In this document: positions 1 to 7,956 of the stretch, one piece after another
Position numbering within the stretch: position 1 is the stretch's first letter
How the letters are laid out: each line of letters starts with the position of its first letter
NCBI GenBank assembly: GCA_965644295.1
Contig: CBFFRP010000345.1
Coordinates: forward strand, 1-10,699
Source: Paraphysomonas bandaiensis
Taxonomy: Eukaryota > Protista > Chrysophyceae
Reading direction: 5' to 3'
Length of the DNA: 10,699 bases
The notes under the pieces: generated by a model
What the model saw: only the letters and a program-made list of their open reading frames with translations
The model's database searches: none
Told to the model about the DNA's origin: nothing
Made by a program: the position numbers and the translations under genes

Positions 1-116
1 AATATGTTCAACAAAGTCTCGAGCTTCTTCGAAAGAGGAGGTCACGAAAATCATCGAAGGCTGATTCGAAATCAGTACAAAGTGGTGAAAAAATCGTAGG
101 TCACGGTTTCAGTGCT

Positions 117-740
117 ATGAATATGGAATTTGGTTCAGTGGAGCATTCTTCAAGTGTTGGTGTTGTTGTCGATTGCAATTCTTCTACGGTTGAGTCTGTT
201 GTGTCAGTGCAAGATGTTGATATCGGTGATGCAATTGTTGTTGTTGAGGTGGATGGTGAAACTAAGGAGTCGTCTACTGATATTGCCAGTGAGGATGTGT
301 GTTATGCTGTGCAGAAAATTGTCAATGATTTAGTCGATTCAGTTGTGCAGTATGATGTGCAGTCTAATAAGTCACTTGAAACGTTTGATTCGGTTGTTGA
401 TTTCCAAGTAGTTATTCAAGATAATGTTATTGATGCTGAGAATGATGTTCCAAATTTCCTTGGAAAAGATACTACTGCCGATGATGCTACCGATGTATTC
501 GAGCGCATGTCAGTCGTACCTTTTTCAGTATCTAATGCAGTGTTGAATTCTTTGATGCTGTTAAGGTATTATTCTGTTTCGAGAAAATCTATTGGAGATT
601 TTTTGATTCTCTTGTTGAAGCAGTATGCAGCATGCGTTGTTTGTCAGTTTCTTGTGATGGACAAGAAATTGCAGCTCTTGATGCAAAAGCTTGTGCTAAT
701 TGAGGAACATGGGCCAGGTCCGCCCTTGGACTTTCTATAA
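117..740 (+). CDS. Hypothetical Val/Asp/Ser-rich low-complexity protein (207 aa)
   Basis: ATG-initiated 207-codon ORF in AT-rich DNA with heavy GTT/GAT codon use. No recognisable domain, and it could be a compositional artefact. Confidence 0.35.
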   Translation: MNMEFGSVEHSSSVGVVVDCNSSTVESVVSVQDVDIGDAIVVVEVDGETKESSTDIASEDVCYAVQKIVNDLVDSVVQYDVQSNKSLETFDSVVDFQVVIQDNVIDAENDVPNFLGKDTTADDATDVFERMSVVPFSVSNAVLNSLMLLRYYSVSRKSIGDFLILLLKQYAACVVCQFLVMDKKLQLLMQKLVLIEEHGPGPPLDFL

Positions 741-1018
741 GTCTATTTCCAATTCCAGCGAGCATGTTTTATTTCAAGACAATTTATTATAATGCAATAT
801 TGATCATGTTTTATTTATCTATATCATATTGTTATACACTTGATAATGCGGTATTGTTGGAAAAAATAATGGTGTTGAAGTATTTTGAGTTCTTCTTGAG
901 TTGGGCAGGTTAATCAATATCTTGTCAAGATATTATTCAGTGGCTGTTCACGGCATTGGCTAAACACAAAATGAAGATGATTTATACTACCAAATGCTAG
1001 CAAGTTCACAAGTTGCAG

Positions 1019-1180
1019 TGAGAGTGAATGGTTAAACATATCAACTTGTTTACGAAAAGATGCGATTGTTATGCTGAGGTATTTCAATAATTAATGTCTG
1101 AGAGTGAGTGAACGGTTTGAGAACATCAAAGTTTTCTTTGAAGTTGCGTTGTTGAAATTGTAAGGTGGTTTCATAGTCCT
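1019..1180. repeat. Degenerate ~80-bp tandem duplication
   Basis: tgagagtgaatggtt...aagatgcgattgtt...aggtatttca (from 1019) aligns with tgagagtgagtgaacggtt...aagttgcgttgtt...aggtggtttca (from 1099). Confidence 0.55.
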
Positions 1181-1313
1181 TAGAACTTTGAAAGGATGAA
1201 GTTCAATGAATAAGTTTGTTTTCACCTACTGCTGTTGGTTTTGAAGTTCAAATTTGGTTCGAATGGAAGTTTGAATCTAGAAAGGATGTGATTCAGTATT
1301 TATAGTGAAGTTA

Positions 1314-2113
1314 TCATGATTTTGCTATATAGTGTATTAGGGTTAGGGTTAGGGTTAGGGTTTTAGGTTTCTTTGGAAGAGTGTTTCTTGCTTGATGTTG
1401 ACGCTTTGGCTCTGCTGGCTTGACAATGATAACAGGATCATCTTCGCCACGATCTCTCTCATCATTTTCCGTTGCAGCAACTGCACTAACAGCCTTCTTC
1501 TGTATTACACAAGATATTGGTTAGTTATAACAAAATTAATTCAGTTGTATATACGTACCGCAATAGCACGCTGACTTGGTTTGTTTGCTTTTTTTCTCGG
1601 TTTCTTGCCAGTGCCAGAACTGAAATTTTCATCCGCAAATCGAACAGAGGCCTTTCGCTTTCTAAGCCTCTTCTTGCTGCTGAGATCAAATGCTGCTTTC
1701 AACCCTTCTTCTACAGGATCCCAGCCATCAAGAATCCAGTTTCCCGTCTCATCCTTGTTCGGAACATCTCCTTGTGGGTCCCATGCAAGTTTGTTCTTTG
1801 GGTCGCGGAGATAGGTTTCCAAAATTGACTTCGCCCAGTCATGGTCGAGAGATACTTCGGGAAGGAAAGTGTACTGCTTCATTTTTGATAAACCTGTAAG
1901 CAGAAAAATTTTTCCACTTTCAGTGGGATCATACAGAACACTGTCACAGCGCCATTTGTTACATTTGGTCCGAAGATAACAGAGAACAACGTATTGTTTT
2001 CCATCAGAGTTTTTACTCACCCAACAGCGAGAATAGTTAACATATGAACCGTCTTTGCCAAGTACAGCTGAAAGTACATAGTAGTTGAACAATAAAGGGA
2101 TCATCGATAGCAT
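1314..2113 (-). CDS. Spliced hypothetical protein (exons ~2113-1559 and 1499-1314) with Lys/Arg-rich NLS-like segments; probably the 3' part of a gene starting at 2920
   Basis: 190-aa ORF (…SRCWVSKNSDGKQYVVLCY…KKRLRKRK…KKPRKK). A phase-0 intron at 1558-1500 extends the frame as KKAVSAVAATENDERDRGEDDPVIIVKPAEPKRQHQARNTLPKKPK, then TLTLTLTL through the telomeric tract, to TGA at 1316-1314. Confidence 0.7.
1337..1360 (+). repeat. Interstitial telomeric repeat (TTAGGG)4
   Basis: Four perfect TTAGGG units followed by a degenerate TTTTAGG. Confidence 0.95.
1500..1558 (-). other. 59-nt spliceosomal intron
   Basis: Minus strand reads GTACGT…ACTAAC…TACAG (donor, branch point, acceptor). Removing it keeps the frame open for about 60 more codons. 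Confidence 0.85.
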
Positions 2114-2119
2114 TTTGTT

Positions 2120-2474
2120 TACGTTGCTCCTAGGTTGCTGTGTGTATTCAGTTTATAGAATAAACACGTTTCTGTGGGTAGTGATGACGTTGCAGGGTGT
2201 TGTGATGTTGTTGAGGAGTAGGAGTGGGTGTAACATGTATGCTATGGTGTTATGCACTTGTTTAGGCTTAACCGAAGTGCTTGGTGCCAACGATCTTGTT
2301 GCACTGGCGGTGTTCCTTGCGTGGTGATACTTGGCGGGTATCATTTACTGAGCATTAGGTTTTTCCTAGAGCAGTCAAAACATAATTAATTATACATTGT
2401 TTTCACACTTGCGTGTTTGTGTGCTATACCTGTACTGCGAGCCGTGATTCTGGTTATCAAACCGGGTTACGTCA
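2120..2474 (+). repeat. Copy 1 of a ~355-bp repeat (inverted copy at 8411-8763): structured non-autonomous element or long TIR
   Basis: The reverse complement aligns to 8411-8763 with sharp ends. There is 1 mismatch in 2120-2314, about 16 substitutions plus 2 indels in 2315-2404, and 1 mismatch in 2405-2474 (hand count). Confidence 0.97.
2301..2474 (+). ncRNA. Putative structured RNA (omega-RNA-like) at the 3' end of the 355-bp repeat
   Basis: Hairpins at 2301-2313, 2325-2343, 2355-2369, 2404-2423 and 2443-2471, with compensatory or G-U-consistent changes versus copy 2. Loop TGGCG is complementary to terminal CGTCA (2470-2474). Confidence 0.5.
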
Positions 2475-2494
2475 CACCAAATCCAAGAAACACT

Positions 2495-2920
2495 TTACAG
2501 AAGAACCACCATCTGAAATGAACTTCTTGCGGCAGTATGTTTGGTTGTAACCACCAAAATGTTAACTGTGAAGGAGTCCTCATTGCAATTAAACTGGTGC
2601 AGGATGCTTCCCATCTCATTACCCTCTTCGTCTTTGTTGCCTCTCTCTGGTGACAAAATACTGGAACCACTTTCTTGTGGCAAAGCACTCTCATCAACAA
2701 GCAGTTCAGAATTATCATCAACTTCGGATTCACCAAGTGCAGCAAGCATATCTAATCTAGACTTCCTGCAACAACTAACACATTGCGACTTCAAAATGGA
2801 AACCCCTTTTTCATTTGAATTAAACGTTGCTTTACACATTGCACATGTAATAAGTTGTATTCGTTCGTCGGAGTTATCGTCATCAGAATCAAAAGCAAAA
2901 TTCGTCAACCCATCCTCCAT
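2495..2920 (-). CDS. Hypothetical acidic protein with CxxC…CxxC zinc-ribbon-like motif; probable 5' part of the gene continuing at 2113
   Basis: 141-aa ORF with ATG in acaATGG context, CAMC…CVSC motif and acidic linker. It is divergent from the transposase. Confidence 0.6.
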   Translation of the reverse strand: MEDGLTNFAFDSDDDNSDERIQLITCAMCKATFNSNEKGVSILKSQCVSCCRKSRLDMLAALGESEVDDNSELLVDESALPQESGSSILSPERGNKDEEGNEMGSILHQFNCNEDSFTVNILVVTTKHTAARSSFQMVVLL

Positions 2921-3390
2921 TGTTCGTTGTTGACAATATTTATATATACTTCTCTCTTATAACAAGTCTTGGTTTAACCAAATTAAGTATATATTTATTT
3001 TAAAATTACATCAGATAGATATGTAGTCATACTGCTGCACACATTTCAAATGCATAAAAAAGATATTTTTGCGAACACACGACTATGCCGGTATATAGTA
3101 TAGGTATACACGTATACGCACAACACCGTATCTATTTTTGAAATGAGGGTGCGTGAGTTTATTTTGAAAGACAGACGCATGCATGACAAGCGGATTGTTC
3201 ATACATAATAATAATAGCAAGCAATGGCGCATGTATATTACTCTGGTTTACTCTGTTGAATAGTTATAGAACAATTGAGATTTGGGAGTGTGTTTCATTT
3301 CAAGGTTCGTTTAGTTGCTGCTAGAGTATTATATTATTATATATGTATATTATATACGATGACATGCGCTTGTGTTGCGTTGATATTGTC

Positions 3391-3608
3391 TGTCGGGGCT
3401 GAGCGGCAGCTCGCTATGACGGCAATAACTCACACACAAGAAGCTGTTTGCATCACTTACCAAACATGAATTGGAATACCTTCCGGGCTGAGCGGCGCAC
3501 TCGCTACGAAGTGACTATATATCATGATTAAGTGATTTTAATAAAGATACATACATTTCAAACAAGGAATACCTTCCGGGCTGAGCGACGGCTCGCTACG
3601 AAGTGACT
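3391..3608 (+). repeat. Array of three hairpin-forming direct repeats (core GGGCTGAGCG-N4/5-CTCGCTA), ~90-bp period
   Basis: Cores start at 3396, 3485 and 3578. Units 3473-3516 and 3566-3608 are identical except in the loop region. Confidence 0.9.
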
Positions 3609-3773
3609 GAGTGGCAGAATGTATTGTGTTTTTATACATGCATATTATATTATGTGATTGTTCATCATACAGTAAACTGTATATATTTCAGTGCTGATAT
3701 ATATGATTTTATATGATTGCACACTGTCATTTTTTTGGATGATGATATTTTTTTTTGCTTCAGAATACTTCAA

Positions 3774-6494
3774 ATGAAGCCAATGCTGAAAACTCACACT
3801 CAAGCTTGTTGCTGCCTTGTTTGTGTTATATCATGTCCTTGTGAAGGGTGTGTGATATACCGTTATTTAAACCCTGGTGTCGAATTCGAGGCCAAGAAAC
3901 TCTTTTTCAAGTGTATCAATGACTTAGCCCGTTTGAAACCAGCTGAGAAGAAGGAATTTCTCTTCGCCAAAATAGCGGGATTTCCGATGCGTGTCACTCT
4001 TACCAATAAGTACTTCATAAACTATCAATTAGGCGATGGACCGGAGGCTGTTCATATTTGCCGTGAAGCTTTTGAAGCAGCGTACAGAATTTCTCATTGG
4101 TACACTGATTCTCTTGTCTGTCGATTGAAGTCAGGAGAGAGAAATACAGCCAAGGATTTTATTGATCGGACATCTACAAGAACACTTGGTGTAAATGATC
4201 AAAACCTTAGCAAATTCTGTCAGCACTTTGGAATATCCCTCTCCCGTCAACAGTATGGCCGCGCAAGCCTTCCAAATTCGGTGCAATCTTTAACTTCAAG
4301 TGCATGGATGGGATACTATTTCAAACTTGTGGGTGATAACCCCCCAAATCGCTGCGAAGAATTGCACCTGGAGCCTATACCTAAGAAGGAAATTTATGAT
4401 GAATATAAACACGATATTGAGTCATACGGTGATGGTGCTATGAAACCTTTGACGATTAAGCAGTTCTTGCAAGTTTGGAAAGACTGTTTTCCGCATGTCA
4501 AAATTCGAAAGTTTAAACACTGTTGTGGGAAATGCAACCTCTGCTCGGCGTTGTCAGAATTGCGAAGAAGCTTTAATGATTCCCGTGGGAGGCAAGAAGT
4601 CACAATGCTTTTCATTTTGCATCGTCTAACTTACATGGGGGAACGCGAAGCGTACTATAGTCGGCGACAACTTGCTTTTGATCAGAAATGGAAGTACATG
4701 TCCACAATCACTGACGGTATGCAGCAGAATAGGTGTCTTTTGCCCTGGTTTGGACACAGTAGAATGCCTTCTCAGCATATCAAGCAGCACTTACAAGGTA
4801 TTCTTATGCATGGTCGCAATATCAGAATGTACAGGAGTTTTGCAAATGTATCTGTGAATGCTAGCTATTGTGTCCATACGTGGCTACTCAGTTTGGAAGA
4901 GCAATACCTAGAAGGAAGACTTCCGAACACGATATTTCATCAAATTGATGGAGGGTCTGAGAATGCGAATGTCTTATATTTAGCCATCTGTTATTTACTT
5001 GTTGCGTGTGGTTTGGTGTCAAAAGTGGTATTGACAAGACTCCTTCCTGGACACACTCATGAAGATATAGATGCGTTATTTGCATTGTTGTGGACTTTGT
5101 TGAGAAATGAGTTCGTTTACTCCCCTTCAGAATTTAAGACAATGATTATGATGGCGTTTGAAAAGTTTGATGATGTGAAAGTTATTGATGTATTTGCATT
5201 CCCTAATTATGCTGATTGGGTTGCACCATTCATAGATCCTAGCTTAGGCTATTTTGCCAAAACCAATTGGACGCAATTGCAATTTACATTTGAACGAGTA
5301 GGTGACACCGAGGGCGACAGATATCCGCATTTCGTGAAGTCCACTTACCAGGCATATGCTCAGCAGGAAGTTATTGAAATTGTTGATGACCCAAAGAAAG
5401 ATGTCATTTGCCCGACTGGAGAGAAAGAGAACATCACCGGTTTGATTCCGCAGTTGACGAGGGTAACTCAACGTCCGCTCGACACTGAGGAGCCTCTGCT
5501 TATTTTGAAGTCGCTTCCCCCCAAGTCTCACCAAATAACTGTTGACCCTTTCATAAAAGGCTCTCGTGAGATCATCACGGATTGCTGCGACCGTATGATA
5601 AACACGTACAAGGATAAAAACCCCGCTGTTGCCAGAGACTGGATTAAGTGGCGTGACGAAGTAACTCCTAAGACGAATATTGCGACTGACTATATTGCAG
5701 AGAATCCATTGCACATTCCTTTTTTCGATGTCTTGTTCAACGGTCCTACTATTTCGGAATATGAAGTTGGACCCAAGGAGAAAGTAAGTCGGAAATTAAA
5801 GTGTGGGACTACCATTCCTCCAATGAGAGTTGTGGAATCTACTTCATCTGTAAGACATTCTGGTAATAAGAAAGGTCAGCCCGCAAGACGTATTGTAGAA
5901 GATGTGGACGGAAATGATGTGTCTGATGCTGGACTAACTGCCAAAGCTCAACCTGATGGTCCTCCTAGAAAAAAATCTGTGAGGAAGTCAAAGAATACTA
6001 CCAGTAGGAAGAAAACCGTTCCAAAGAAATCGCTCTCTACTACACCACTTCTTGCTGATGATTGCAATGACAGTTCCGACGAATGTGGAGACGATTTGAC
6101 TGACTTGACTGAATATTTGGAGGATGGTGGTGGAGTAAATTTCAGTGAACTTCGTTTTGAAGTGGGCCAGAAAGTGAGAACCACTCATGGGCTAGTTGCC
6201 ACTGTGCAATCAGTAAATAGGAACGGCACTTACGACATCAAGTACATTCAGGCATTGCATGGAACAGACGAAGGAGTGAAACAACGATTTCTGAAGCCAT
6301 GCAAAGGTACGTCGCATGTTATAGTTATTAGTGTTAATTAACTTTTTTGTAATCTAGAAACTGTCAGAACAACTTCAAAGAATACACGACGACCTACTTA
6401 TGAAATGGTTATTGTCAGTGAGAGTGAGAAATGGAAAGATACAGGGGCATTAGATGGTAGTAATGTGATCGTTGGGAAAAGAAAGCGAAGGTAG
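3774..6494 (+). CDS. DDD/E DNA transposase, Sola1/DUF7869-like, with C-terminal Tudor/SH3-like domain; exons ~3774-6306 and 6358-6494 (further 5' exon possible)
   Basis: 874-codon ORF with motifs ICREAF…YRIS, CCGKCNLC…H, DGMQQN (D at 4713), HQIDGGSEN (D at 4947) and RLLPGHTHEDIDALF (5049-5072), typical of this RNase-H-fold family. First ATG at 3774 follows a T-tract/CAG acceptor-like site at 3763. The spliced last exon ends DGSNVIVGKRKRR then TAG TGA TAA. Family assignment is from motif recall, not a search. Confidence 0.85.
6307..6357 (+). other. 51-nt spliceosomal intron
   Basis: AAAG|GTACGT…TTAAC…T-tract…TAG. Phase-1 removal gives 45 more open codons ending in a basic NLS-like motif. Confidence 0.8.
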
Positions 6495-6630
6495 TGATAA
6501 TTGTTTATATATTATGAAATGGTTATTGTCAGTGAGAGTGAGAAATTGAGAGATACAGGAACATTATATATGGTATTTTAATGTTGTTATCAGTGGGAAA
6601 AGAAATCGAAGGTAGTGATAATTGTTATAT
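6398..6630 (+). repeat. Tandem duplication (~114-bp period) of the transposase 3' end; second copy degenerate
   Basis: ttatgaaatggttattgtcagtgagagtgagaaat…gggaaaagaaa.cgaaggtagtgataattgtt starts at both 6398 and 6512. Confidence 0.92.
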
Positions 6631-6906
6631 TATGTTATATATATATTATTATGTAATTTGTTTTTATAAAAAGCAATAATGATTATTGATTATAAGTAGT
6701 TACGTAACTACACTTATAGTACTCAGAAATACGGCCAGAATAAAATATCCTTTTAAAATATAATGCAACACAGTAACACAAAGCGATTCCAAGACGATAT
6801 GCACTCATCACAACACGTTCTCCATGTTCGTTTTACATATTCGTACACAAAAGTAGTAGTTTGACCAGATTCTAGTACTTAGACCAGGTTTTTACTTACC
6901 ATCAAC

Positions 6907-7956
6907 TTATAGTCTTACGAGCCCATATTCTTTGTCATCTACTCTGGGACACCAATCCTTATTAAACTCCAGCATTATGGATAACATGGTTCGAAACAAA
7001 TCAATAAGTTTCAACTGTTGGAAGTAAAACTGTTCGAACGTGACAGTTGTCACTTTCCTCCACTCCATGATCTTTATGTGTCTAAGAGAATCTCGAAGCT
7101 CCTCATAGAATCCCACACAATTAAAAACCCGAGTTTCCTTGGCTATTACACGCAGTAAGTCGGACAAATCCATCTCTGAAATCTCCGCATGACCGAGATG
7201 ATACACTTCTCTTAGATGATCTCTTAGTTCACCAGAAACAACCTTTTGTAGACGCACAGTGGTCTGTTCCTCTTCTTGAAAATCCAAGATTTGTTTGACA
7301 GCTCTAGCCACTTTAGAAAGCTTTAGTTCATTGATACGAACTTTGCAAGTCCTTTCCTCACGCATTACAACAGTCTGTTGCACATTTGGAAGGTTGGCAT
7401 TCTTTTTCAATTCCCTGAACATCTTCCCAGGTTTCTTGCCTCCTAGCAAAGCTTGAGTTCTAGTAGGGAATTCAGAAGCCACCTGCTGATCACCATCTTC
7501 CTCAGCATTGCCATTTGACTGAGCAGTAGAAGTATCTTCCTCCTCCAATAATTCTCTTACAGACTCATCCCGCCAAGGAGTGCGATAGTGCTCCGCCAGA
7601 TTATGCAGAGTAGAGTATCTCCTTGTATCACGTTTCTTCACCGGTTTCGGCAACGTGTCAGGAACTGTAGGTGTTCCTTTCGTAACTGTTTCATCTGCCC
7701 CTGGGATATTTTGATCTTCCCTTAGAATCGTGGGGCTCTGCGCTCTAGAGCCGACAGGTGTACCTCTACGTGAGGCTCGCTCTTCGAGTCGCGTGACTCT
7801 AAACGTTAAGTCATCTATTCTCGTATCGAATTTCCTTTCCAAGGCATCGAAACGTGCAAGAATGATTTCGAGCATTGAAGGCTCTAGATCCTCCTTAACA
7901 CTGCCTTCAGAACCAGAGTGGCTCTTAGGGCTACTCCTACCAACGGGAGTTTGCAT
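6907..7956 (-). CDS. Hypothetical 349-aa protein with N-terminal coiled coil and helical C-terminal domain; possibly retroelement Gag/ORF1-like and 3'-truncated
   Basis: Long ATG-initiated ORF with heptad pattern LEIILARFDALERKFDTRIDDLTFRVTRLEE, a disordered linker and an amphipathic helical C-half. No zinc knuckle or pol follows, so function is inference only. Confidence 0.65.
   Translation of the reverse strand: MQTPVGRSSPKSHSGSEGSVKEDLEPSMLEIILARFDALERKFDTRIDDLTFRVTRLEERASRRGTPVGSRAQSPTILREDQNIPGADETVTKGTPTVPDTLPKPVKKRDTRRYSTLHNLAEHYRTPWRDESVRELLEEEDTSTAQSNGNAEEDGDQQVASEFPTRTQALLGGKKPGKMFRELKKNANLPNVQQTVVMREERTCKVRINELKLSKVARAVKQILDFQEEEQTTVRLQKVVSGELRDHLREVYHLGHAEISEMDLSDLLRVIAKETRVFNCVGFYEELRDSLRHIKIMEWRKVTTVTFEQFYFQQLKLIDLFRTMLSIMLEFNKDWCPRVDDKEYGLVRL

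Noticed and set aside
1016-1027. CAGTGAGAGTGA shared with 6416 and 6530
   Set aside because: 12-nt match with no flanking homology; probably chance.
1337-1360. True chromosome end
   Set aside because: Only four units, with unique sequence on both sides.
2085-2344. Short ORFs in the repeat (also 8539-8759)
   Set aside because: Short, on both strands, with different starts and ends in the two copies; likely by-products of the repeat.
2301-2474. Known RNA (tRNA, U snRNA, SRP, HDV ribozyme, group II intron domain V)
   Set aside because: Only incidental short matches (AGCAG, GAGCCGT); diagnostic cores are not present.
3391-3608. CRISPR array or hammerhead ribozymes
   Set aside because: Eukaryotic context with no cas genes and only three imperfect units; the hammerhead core CTGANGA…GAAA is absent.
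3717-3773. TTG start of the 874-aa ORF
   Set aside because: T-rich intron-like sequence ending in a CAG acceptor at 3763; the first ATG is at 3774.
4394-6188. Antisense and alternate-frame ORFs over the transposase (and over the 1541, 2495, 6907 and gag ORFs)
   Set aside because: Shadow ORFs with no motifs.
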